Below, piece after piece: positions 8,967 to 17,581 of a stretch of DNA of 64,000 bases. The notes under the pieces are model-generated. The model saw only the letters and a program-made list of their open reading frames with translations. It was not told the origin of the DNA and ran no database searches. The DNA lies in the NCBI GenBank assembly GCA_964565565.1, contig CAZMFM010000005.1:21292-85291 (forward strand). Reading direction: 5' to 3'. How positions within the stretch are numbered: the first letter of the stretch is position 1; each line of letters starts with the position of its first letter. Source of the stretch: an uncultured Spirochaetaceae bacterium (lineage in GTDB: Bacteria; Myxococcota_A; UBA9160; UBA4427). Made by a program: the position numbers and the translations under genes.

Positions 8967-10183
8967 ATGTCGATCACCTGCCCAGTCCCTTTCCAACACC
9001 GGAGCTCGCCCTGACAACGCAACCCGACTGTCTGCTCGATTCCGAAACGATCCTCGCCAATGCACGCCAACTCGCGCCGACCATTCGCAAACAGGCCGAT
9101 GCCATCGAGGCCGATCGACGCATACCCGAGCCGTTAGTCGAAGCGATGTCACGGGCCGGGATCTTTCGCATCGCCATGCCCCGCGCCTGGGGTGGACCCG
9201 AAATGTCGCCGCTCGAGCAAATCGAATTGATGGAGATCATCGCCCTCGCCGATCCCTCCGCGGCCTGGTGCGCTTCCATCCTGTCGGACAGCGGCTTCTA
9301 CGCGGGATTTCTCGAAGACGAAGTAGCCCGGAAGCTCTTCCCGAGCCTTGATGCTCGCTGTGCCGGGATGTTGGCGCCGGTTGGCCGAGCCGAAATCGTC
9401 CCAGGCGGCTATCGCGTCACCGGCCATTGGGCCTTCGGCAGCGGCTCGCTACACGCAACCCATTTGACGGGCGGCTGCCTCGTTACGAAGAACGGACAGC
9501 CGATCCTGGAAGAAAACGGCTTTCCGCGTTGGCGCGTGATGATCTTCGACCCCACGGAGGTCGAGATCAAGGACACCTGGCATGTGACCGGGCTCGCGGG
9601 CAGCGGCAGCAACGACTACAGCGTGGCCGACATCTTTGTTCCGGAGCAACACAGCTTCCACGCGCTCGGCGAACCCCGACGTGCCGAACCCCTTTATCGC
9701 TATCACGGATTTTTCTTCGCCAATGTGCCGGGCATCCCGTTCGGGATCGCGCGCGCGGCCCTCGATGAGGCGAGAGAGATCGCAGGGAACAAGCTCACCT
9801 TCCCGGCCGCGCAACGCCTGCGGGAGAACGCGCAGATCCAGACCGCCTTTGGCGAGGCCGAAGCGACGCTCGCGGCCGCCCGATGTTATGTGACTGATGT
9901 CATGGGGTCCGCGTGGGAAACTCTCGTCGGCGGCGATGCCCTCAGTCTCGAGCAGCGTGCCAAGATCGGGCTCTGCCTCGTGCATGCAGGTCGAAGCGCC
10001 GGGCGAGTCGTCGATCTCGCCTGCGAGATCGCGGGAACCACAGCGCTCTACAAGAAGAATCGACTGGAGCGGCTTCGCCGCGACATGATCGCCGTGAATT
10101 CACACATCGTTCATCAGAAGAAGACCTACGGTGCCGCTGGACGGGTGTTGTTGGGCGCGGAACCGGCGCCCTCCTTTTTCTAA
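8967..10183 (+). CDS. Acyl-CoA dehydrogenase family protein (5' end needs a -1 frame change or a non-canonical start)
   Basis: The track ORF 9146-10183 is N-truncated. In the same frame, homology continues upstream to the TGA at 8954 (ETILANARQLAPTIRKQADAIEADRRIPEPLVEAMSRAGIF) with no ATG/GTG/TTG. The only ATG (8967) lies in the other frame and the two frames meet at C-CCT-TTC (8987-8993). Confidence 0.75.
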
Positions 10184-10213
10184 CAACTCAATCATCACGA
10201 GCCACCGCCCGGA

Positions 10214-11623
10214 CTATCCGCGAAGCACACTGCCGCCGGCGATTTCCACGGGAACGTCGGTCCCGTTCACCAGCGAAACGGATCCGACGATCGCTATGTC
10301 AGCCCCGAAACGATGATCCCCTCGCACCGAAAACCGTTGACACTTCGACAGCGATGGCGCACCGACCGGAAACCGCGCCTGCAGGTCATCGACATGCTGG
10401 TAGTGGTCGGGGTCGAGATCGATCACGCGAATTCGATTCGCCTCCGCGTCGACGGGGATCATCCGCGAGTCCTCACTGACGCGATAGGCATCGGACCAGA
10501 GCGAAAGCAGATCGTTCGTCGTCTTGACCGGTGCGAATCGATCACGTGAAACTACGATCGCTTCGGCCCCATCGAAACACTCAATCGCCGAACCCATCGC
10601 CGTCTCGAGCTGAAAACAGACCGGACTCGACGAATCCTTCGGCTGCACATGCTTCACATTCTTCATGACCGGCAAGGGCAGCCCCGAATCCGAAGCGTCC
10701 AGTCGAGACGCCAGAACATCGAGATCGATCCAGAGATTGTTCGTATTGAAATAGTGGTGCCGGTCGATGTCCTGGAAGGATTCGACATCGGCCTCGGAAC
10801 ATTGGGCCGTCTCACGCAACATCAAACGACCGCCGCGCCGGGCCAGATGGCCGCCCTTCTTGTCGGACTCCGTTCGCTGGGCGACTTCCATGGCGAAGGG
10901 AAGCTGCTTCGAGGCGAACCAACCCAGAATGCTGGGATCGAGCACGGCGCCGAGGTTGTCCGCGTTCGACATGAACGCATAGCGGATTCCTTGCGCGCGC
11001 AAGGTCTGCAACATGCCCGAACTCTCGAGCGCGATATAGATGTCGCCATGACCGGGCGGACACCAACCGAGCGATTCGTCGTCAGGCCAATCCACAGGGG
11101 TCCAGGATTCGGCGTCGATGCGAGGCACCTTGTGTTGAACGAAGTCGAGGGGGATCTCTGTCGCGAGCTCCGCATGCGCCGCTAACGCGGCCAGGGAATC
11201 GTCCCGGGTGCGATAGCTATTCATCAGGACCAGGGGAAGTTGGCTGCCCCAATTCTCGCGCTGCCAGAGAACCTGCCGTGCGATGAGATCCAGAAACGAG
11301 AGGCCGGGGCGAACCGGAAGCAGGCTCTTCGCCTTGGACAGTCCCATGCTCGTCCCGAGGCCGCCATTCAACTTGATGACGACGGTCTTCGACGCCGCGG
11401 CACGACCGGCCTCAGCGAAATGCTCGAGCCCCGCGGCTTCCGGCAGAGAGGCCACCGGCTCGATCGACGCTTCCGGAATCGTTGTCTCGCCTCCACTGGA
11501 AACGAAACGCAGCGCCGCAAGAAAGCTACGCGTCGCGATCTCCGGCAGACCTTCGCCGCGCATCCGATCCGCGAAGCGCGCCAGGCCTGCGTCGTCCAAC
11601 CCCTGCTGACCCATCTCTGACAA
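10214..11623 (-). CDS. UTP--glucose-1-phosphate uridylyltransferase, UDPGP (eukaryote-type) family
   Basis: 469 aa. VVIKLNGGLGTSMGLSKAKSLLPV is the UDPGP-family nucleotide-binding signature. PPGHGDIY and FMSNADNLGA are also present. Confidence 0.85.
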   Translation of the reverse strand: MSEMGQQGLDDAGLARFADRMRGEGLPEIATRSFLAALRFVSSGGETTIPEASIEPVASLPEAAGLEHFAEAGRAAASKTVVIKLNGGLGTSMGLSKAKSLLPVRPGLSFLDLIARQVLWQRENWGSQLPLVLMNSYRTRDDSLAALAAHAELATEIPLDFVQHKVPRIDAESWTPVDWPDDESLGWCPPGHGDIYIALESSGMLQTLRAQGIRYAFMSNADNLGAVLDPSILGWFASKQLPFAMEVAQRTESDKKGGHLARRGGRLMLRETAQCSEADVESFQDIDRHHYFNTNNLWIDLDVLASRLDASDSGLPLPVMKNVKHVQPKDSSSPVCFQLETAMGSAIECFDGAEAIVVSRDRFAPVKTTNDLLSLWSDAYRVSEDSRMIPVDAEANRIRVIDLDPDHYQHVDDLQARFPVGAPSLSKCQRFSVRGDHRFGADIAIVGSVSLVNGTDVPVEIAGGSVLRG

Positions 11624-11877
11624 TTCCTTTCCCTGCTCGTCCTAGAGTCCTAGATCTTGCCTGCTCTTCGAAGTCCGCATGCGGCGAGGAACCGGCCGCT
11701 CCGCTCGCCCGGAGTTAGTACTCACTTCGAACCACTAAAGCCAGTGCTAGCCTTCGCCGGTCGGTCCGCCTGCACAAGAACTGAAGCGAAGGACCGATCG
11801 GCCGAGGCGATTCACGACGCCATCATGGGAGGTGGAAGCGAGACATGATTCATTTTGGCGGTTTGCGAACGACGGGG

Positions 11878-13878
11878 ATGAGGAGCGGGATCCTTTTCGC
11901 CCTCCTCTCACTATCCGTCTTCATGCAAACAACCGCGGTCGCGGATCCCGCAGACCTTCCTGATAGCGAGCGATCTTCGGAAGCCACCGCCAAGCCATCC
12001 ATTCGCCCCTATGCGATCACAGAAGAGCGCGAACCCTGCACAGAGATGGCGCCCCTGCGGCGGCCCTTCTTCGGCGACCTGCACGTCCATACCGCCCGTT
12101 CGCAAGATGCGTCGACCCAAGACACGCGTGTCACACCCGCAGAGGCGTACCGATTCGCCCAGGGCGCTCCACTCGGGATTCAACCCTTCGATGCCAACGA
12201 CAATCCGCTTCGCACGGTTCAACTCGCAAGGCCCCTCGACTTCGCGGCCGTGACCGACCACGCCAACCAACTCGGCGAGGTTCATATCTGCAGGACGCCG
12301 GGACAACCCGGCCATGATTCCCTCGTTTGTCGGCTCTATCGAAACTTTCCCCGGGTCGCCTTCTTCGTGATGAACGCGCGTTACTCGGTCTTCCAATCTC
12401 GCTGGGGATTTTGCGGCGAGGACGATGTCCATTGCCTCGCAGCGGCCGGAATCGTCTGGAACGAACATCGCCTCGCCGCGGAAGAGGCCTACGACCGAAG
12501 CCGCCAATGCGAGTTTACGACCTTCGTCGCCTACGAATGGACCGCGGCCATCAACGGCGCCGGCCATCTCCATCGGAACGTCATCTTCCGCAACGAGCGG
12601 GTTCCCGAGTTACCGATCAGCGTCATGGAGACGACGGCCATGGCGATTCATCTCTGGCACCGCCTCGACGCCGAATGCCGGGATGGGCAGGACGGATGCG
12701 AGGCGCTCACGATTCCGCACAACTCGAATTGGAGCAAGGGATCGGCCTTCACTTCCGCCGTTCGCCTCCACGAGGAGATCGGACTCGAAGAGGCAGCCAT
12801 ACGGGCACGCTACGATCGCCTCGTCGAGGTGATGCAACACAAGGGCGAATCCGAATGCGCCCTGGTTCCAGGCGTCACCGACGAGGGTTGCGGTTTCGAG
12901 AAGGCGCCTAACACACATGATTTTAGACCGGGCGGACCCGAAGTCGTCGCCATCAACTTCGCGCGCGACGCACTCAAGCGAGGCCTCGCCCTCGAACAGG
13001 CGCTCGGAGACAACCCGCTCAAATTCGGCTTGATCGGCAGTACCGACACACATCTTGGGACCCCGGGCCTCGTCATGGAGCGCGGATTCACCGGGCATGG
13101 AGGCGCCGGCAAGCCGGGAACCGAAGCCCTCGAACCCGGCTTCCCGGATATTACGTCGCTCAACCCGGGCGGGCTTGCCGTGCTCTGGGCCGAGGAGAAT
13201 GCGCGAGATTCGCTTTTCGAAGCGATGCGAAGAAAAGAGGCCTACGGAACGAGTGGGACGCGCCCCGTCCTGCGCTTTTTTGGCGGTTGGGAATACGAAA
13301 ACGATGCCTGTGAGAGCGGGGATCCAGCTGAGATTGGCTATGCGTTAGGCGTACCGATGGGAGGTGACCTTGCGCTGCCGGCGGCAGACTCGTCCAGCCC
13401 GGGTACCGACGCAACTCCGAGCGCACCGACGTTTCTGGTGGCCGCCTCGCGCGATCCACACCCGAATGGCGGCGACCTTCAGCGCATCGAGATCGTCAAG
13501 GGTTGGCTCGAGAATGGCGAGCAGCGAGAGCGCGTCTTGACCGTTGCAGGCGGACCCAACGACGCAGACGTCGACCTCTCGACCTGCGATCGGCGTGGTG
13601 CCGGCCGAACAAATCTTTGCTCAGCCTGGCGCGATCCCGACTTCGATCCCTCTCAGCCGGCCTTCTACTACGCCCGGCTATTGGAGAACCCGAGCTGTCG
13701 TTGGACGCAATGGGCGTGTATTGACGCCGGCGTTCACTGCGACGATCCGAGTACGATCAGCGAGGGCTTCGAAGCCTGCTGCACGGACGAAATCCCGAAG
13801 ACCATTCAGGAACGCGCCTGGTCTTCACCGATCTGGTACACGCCCCAGGCGAATCAAGATACGCCTCCTGGCGCCTGA
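11878..13878 (+). CDS. DUF3604-family secreted protein (PHP-like metal-dependent hydrolase fold)
   Basis: Start moved to ATG 11878 (MRSGILFALLSLSVFMQTTAVADP signal peptide). PFFGDLHVHTARSQDAS, DFAAVTDHANQLGE, TIPHNSNWSKG, IGSTDTHLGTPG and WSSPIWY are also present. Confidence 0.85.
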   Translation: MRSGILFALLSLSVFMQTTAVADPADLPDSERSSEATAKPSIRPYAITEEREPCTEMAPLRRPFFGDLHVHTARSQDASTQDTRVTPAEAYRFAQGAPLGIQPFDANDNPLRTVQLARPLDFAAVTDHANQLGEVHICRTPGQPGHDSLVCRLYRNFPRVAFFVMNARYSVFQSRWGFCGEDDVHCLAAAGIVWNEHRLAAEEAYDRSRQCEFTTFVAYEWTAAINGAGHLHRNVIFRNERVPELPISVMETTAMAIHLWHRLDAECRDGQDGCEALTIPHNSNWSKGSAFTSAVRLHEEIGLEEAAIRARYDRLVEVMQHKGESECALVPGVTDEGCGFEKAPNTHDFRPGGPEVVAINFARDALKRGLALEQALGDNPLKFGLIGSTDTHLGTPGLVMERGFTGHGGAGKPGTEALEPGFPDITSLNPGGLAVLWAEENARDSLFEAMRRKEAYGTSGTRPVLRFFGGWEYENDACESGDPAEIGYALGVPMGGDLALPAADSSSPGTDATPSAPTFLVAASRDPHPNGGDLQRIEIVKGWLENGEQRERVLTVAGGPNDADVDLSTCDRRGAGRTNLCSAWRDPDFDPSQPAFYYARLLENPSCRWTQWACIDAGVHCDDPSTISEGFEACCTDEIPKTIQERAWSSPIWYTPQANQDTPPGA

Positions 13879-14231
13879 CGCGGCCCGCAGACATAACGGC
13901 CTCCGCCACAAGGATGTCCTCTGTGACAGGAGCCCGATAGTTGAGTTTGAACTCGGTCGTCGCCGCCCACTGTCCGGGTTTCTTATGCGGATAGCAGACG
14001 CAGCCCAGAACATGATCACAAAGGCCCGCCAAGACGCCCCCGTGCATATTTCCGAAGGGCGTCAGCAGGTAGGTCTGGGCGAACGGGCACCTCTGCCCGA
14101 AGTTTCCCCGGGCTGAATTCGGAGAATGAGCAACCCAGAAACCCTGGAAGGCCGCTGTCGTTCATCTCGGTCGCCAGGAAGCGATCCGCAATCGACGGGT
14201 CGAAACCCTCTTTGAGACTTTTCCTGACCAT
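13757..14231 (-). pseudogene. PaaI/hotdog-fold thioesterase, frameshifted and probably C-terminally truncated
   Basis: The N-part (MVRKSLKEGFDPSIADRFLATEMNDSGLPGFLGCSFSEFSPGKLRAEVPVRPDL) is in the frame of 14016-14267. The continuation (LLTPFGNMHGGVLAGLCDHVLGCV ... FKLNYRAPV) is in the frame of 13757-14047. The frames switch near 14055-14075. The tail overlaps the DUF3604 3' end by about 120 nt and loses family resemblance. Confidence 0.5.
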
Positions 14232-14256
14232 AACGTTTCTACTCGGTCGACCGGGA

Positions 14257-15471
14257 CTAGCGGTCAAATCGAAGAGGCAATGATTTTGGGCCTCGCAGAA
14301 TGAGCGAGTCGATCCATTCGATCTGATCCGTCGTTCGTCTGAGATTGGCGCAGCGCGAGAAAAGCGTTTCGAGCGCGACCTTCGCTTCTAGACGCGCAAG
14401 AGACGCGCCTAGACAAAAGTGCGTCCCGAAACCGAACCCGATATGCCCCTTCAATTCTCGTGTTATGTCGAACGTTCCGGCATCGGGAAGCCATTCTTCA
14501 TCATGATTCGCCGAGCCGAGGAGAAGCATGACCAGCTTTCCCGCTGGAATCGTCACGCCTCTCAATTCGGTGTCGCAAGCCATCTGTCGAAAGATCGCTT
14601 GGACGGGCGAATCGTATCGAAGTGCCTCTTCGACAAGGTTCGGAACCAGCGAGGGATTCGCGCAGACCTTTTCGAGTTGTTCTGGATGAGCCGTGAGTGC
14701 GATGAGCGTATTGCCAATCAGGTTCGTCGTCGTCTCGTTTCCAGCGACGAGCAGAAGAACCGTAAAGGACAGGACTTCGCCTGCGGTCAGGGCACCTTCA
14801 CCTTTCTCGGCGCGAACCAGAGTCGAGATCAGGTCTTCGCCCGGACTCTCTCGTCTCGCAGCGATCGCCTCTTCGAAGAAATCCAGGAATTCATCCCGGG
14901 CCTCACGATGCGCGGCCGCGTTGTCGTCCTGGGCGACGCCGGTCGAACTCGTGATAATGGCATCGGACCACCGCTTGAAGTCCCGAAGGCGTTCGCGAGG
15001 AACCCCTAATAGGTCCGCAATGACGGTCACTGGCACCGGAATCGAAAGGTCTCCGACCAAATCCATTTCGCCCTTCACGGCGACCGAATCGATCGCTTCT
15101 TCCGCGATCTTTCGGATGTGCGGTTCGAGCTCGGCGATTCTGCGCGGCGTAAATCCGCGATTCACGACGGCACGAAGCCGTTCGTGAATTTCCCCGTCTG
15201 ACGAGATCAGACTATTCGCTTCGGTCAACGCCCCCATCCGACCGGGCTCGGCCGAAGAGCCCATCATCCCCGTTTGCCCAGTCATCAGGGCGCGCATACC
15301 GGATGACGAAAAAATCTCCGGATGTTTCAGTGCATGAAGAATGTCCTCGTGTCGGCTCAATGCGAAGACCCCAAAAGCCTCGAGTTCAAACACGGGCGAC
15401 TCGGATCGTAGCCAGGCATAACCCGGATACGGATTCGCGCGGGCCTCAGGCGAGAGTGGGTTGAAGTCCAT
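14257..15471 (-). CDS. Cytochrome P450
   Basis: Start at ATG 15471 (MDFNPLSPEARANPYPGYAWLR). Heme loop FGFGTHFCLGASLARLE, EEALRYDSP (ExxR) and I-helix LLVAGNETTT. Confidence 0.9.
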   Translation of the reverse strand: MDFNPLSPEARANPYPGYAWLRSESPVFELEAFGVFALSRHEDILHALKHPEIFSSSGMRALMTGQTGMMGSSAEPGRMGALTEANSLISSDGEIHERLRAVVNRGFTPRRIAELEPHIRKIAEEAIDSVAVKGEMDLVGDLSIPVPVTVIADLLGVPRERLRDFKRWSDAIITSSTGVAQDDNAAAHREARDEFLDFFEEAIAARRESPGEDLISTLVRAEKGEGALTAGEVLSFTVLLLVAGNETTTNLIGNTLIALTAHPEQLEKVCANPSLVPNLVEEALRYDSPVQAIFRQMACDTELRGVTIPAGKLVMLLLGSANHDEEWLPDAGTFDITRELKGHIGFGFGTHFCLGASLARLEAKVALETLFSRCANLRRTTDQIEWIDSLILRGPKSLPLRFDR

Positions 15472-15566
15472 TCGAGTTCTCCAATCTTTATCCGGTGTGT
15501 GAGAGGGGTGGGTCCTGCTGTCGGCCGATAGAAAACTTTCAGCGTCCGGGGTCCGTGGGGCAAGGG

Positions 15567-16268
15567 TCAGGGCACGCTTCGGTCCTGATTCGATCGCGCC
15601 AGGAGCGGAGCGAAGAGCCTGCGGACCTGAGGTGCTGCGAGTGTCAAGGGTTGCTCGCTGGGATCCTCGATCCAACGAGTCGCGACGGTCGTGACGGTTC
15701 CGATCAGCGAAAGCGCGAAGGTCTCGGCGTCGATGTCGTCGAGGCCTCCCGCACGCTTGACCTCGTGGGTGCGCTCGATCAGCCAGATCGTAAAGTCCTG
15801 AAAGACCTGGAGTGACTTTTTCCCCATCGATTGCCGTACGCGCCAGGGAAGTCCGTGCGTAGTGTTGGCGTAGATGCGCATCAGGTGACGATGTTCATCG
15901 AAGCAGGCGAACAACTCATCGACCACACACAGCAACCGCTCGGCGGGATCGACAATGTCACGTACGTGGCTCTTGACGCGATCGCCGACCGTTTCCGCAG
16001 CGCGGGAAATGACCGCCTCGTAGAGTTCCTCCTTTCCCTTGAAGAGCGTATACACCGAATTGAGTGAAACTTCGGCGGAGTTGGCAATCTCGGCAACCTG
16101 GGTTCCCTGAAAACCCCGATCCGCAAAAGCCTGGCTCGCAGCAGCGAGAATATCGTCGCGCCGCAGCGCGGATTCACGTTCCCGACGCTCTTGTTTCAGG
16201 GATCGAGGGGCCTTTCTCGACGGCGCTCTCTTCGGCGAGGCCCTTTTCGGAGCGGACTTTGTCGGCAA
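15567..16268 (-). CDS. TetR-family transcriptional regulator (start uncertain)
   Basis: HTH ILAAASQAFADRGFQGTQVAEIANSAEVSLNSVYTLFKGKEELY. The track ORF starts at a TTG at 16382. An internal TTG at 16268 gives a basic N-tail (LPTKSAPKRASPKRAPSRK...) and is my guess. Confidence 0.75.
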   Translation of the reverse strand: MPTKSAPKRASPKRAPSRKAPRSLKQERRERESALRRDDILAAASQAFADRGFQGTQVAEIANSAEVSLNSVYTLFKGKEELYEAVISRAAETVGDRVKSHVRDIVDPAERLLCVVDELFACFDEHRHLMRIYANTTHGLPWRVRQSMGKKSLQVFQDFTIWLIERTHEVKRAGGLDDIDAETFALSLIGTVTTVATRWIEDPSEQPLTLAAPQVRRLFAPLLARSNQDRSVP

Positions 16269-16381
16269 TGAACAGCTACCTCGCGAGTCGCTTGCGAGCG
16301 GCTCCAAAGACGATACGATAACCAAGATTATCCACTTCGCATCCTTGAATATCGAAGCAAAGACGGCAACGTCGAGGCGCA

Positions 16382-17245
16382 ATGCGCGAATACCACACCG
16401 CGATCATGGACACCGGCCGTTGGGCTCAATTCAAGCCGCGCCCAGATGACATTTTCGTGTGTACGCCCGCCAAATGTGGCACGACCTGGACCCAGACGAT
16501 TGTGGCCAACCTGCTCTGGCCCAAAGGGGACCTGCCCGGCCCGATCATGACCTGGTCGCCCTGGATCGAAGCCAAGTTCATGCCGGTCGAAATCATGCAC
16601 CCGATGCTCGAGGCACAGACCCATCGCCGCGTCATGAAGACACACACCCCTGCGGATGGCATTCCGTTTTTCGAAGACGCGAAGTACATCGTCGTCGGAC
16701 GCGACGGGCGCGATGCCTTCATGTCGCTTACGAATCACGTCGAGCGGATGAAGGGAATCGACGACTTGAACGCGAAGGCGCGGGAGGACGGTGTTCCCGA
16801 GTTACAACAATACGATGGCGACCCCCATACCTTCTTCGATCGCTGGTTAGACGACGAGGATCAGTTTTTCCACATCATCGCGACCTATTGGGAACGCCGC
16901 AGCCAATCCAATCTGCTCTTCGTGCACTACAACGATCTTAAGGCAGACCTCTCCGCCGAGATGCACCGAATCGCCGACTTCCTCGCGATCGACGTGCCGG
17001 CGTCACACTGGGACGGAGTCGTCGATCGCTGCACCTTCGAATCGATGCGGGAGAACGAAGACATGCTCGGCCCGCTCGACGTCATCTTCGAAGGCGGCAC
17101 CAAGGGTTTCATCTTCAAGGGGACCAACGGCCGGTGGCGCGACGTCTTGACCAGCGCTGAGGTCGCCCGCTACCAGCAACGCGCGAGCGAACTCCTCCCT
17201 CGCGAGGCGACGCATTGGCTAGAACAAGGCCGCGCCACGCGCTGA
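16382..17245 (+). CDS. Sulfotransferase-family protein (PAPS-dependent)
   Basis: 287 aa. 5'-PSB loop TPAKCGTTWTQTIV and 3'-PB region VVGRDGRDAFMS. Divergent from the TetR gene. Confidence 0.85.
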   Translation: MREYHTAIMDTGRWAQFKPRPDDIFVCTPAKCGTTWTQTIVANLLWPKGDLPGPIMTWSPWIEAKFMPVEIMHPMLEAQTHRRVMKTHTPADGIPFFEDAKYIVVGRDGRDAFMSLTNHVERMKGIDDLNAKAREDGVPELQQYDGDPHTFFDRWLDDEDQFFHIIATYWERRSQSNLLFVHYNDLKADLSAEMHRIADFLAIDVPASHWDGVVDRCTFESMRENEDMLGPLDVIFEGGTKGFIFKGTNGRWRDVLTSAEVARYQQRASELLPREATHWLEQGRATR

Positions 17246-17581
17246 AACCGGGCCCCACGACTCCGTGAATCGGCCCGCAGTCGCGGTCGCGGTTTGCCGG
17301 CCCGCGCTCAACACAGCATTGCTTGCCCGAAGCGCTCCTCCGCTGTCCGGGCCCCTCATATCAAAGACCAGTCAATCGGATTCAACGACCCACGCGGCCG
17401 TCGCGGAGGGAATCGGGGATTCCTTCCTTGAATATCCCTCAAACTCCCGATCTCACTAGGGATAATCCTCTACAGGCAACTCCGGATTTCACCGATAGGC
17501 AATAGAGAAGCAGGGCTTCCCCCTCGCATACGCACGGAACAGGAATCCCGCGAAATCCTCTGTCTCGCGACAAAGTTCGAA

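Noticed and set aside
11878-13878. DUF3604 (PHP-like) protein as a stand-in for the missing CapA/PgsA of the polyamide operon.
   Set aside because: It lies 4 kb upstream of the operon and is separated from it by five unrelated genes, four of them on the opposite strand. CapA belongs to a different (metallophosphatase-like) family. There is no evidence of linkage.
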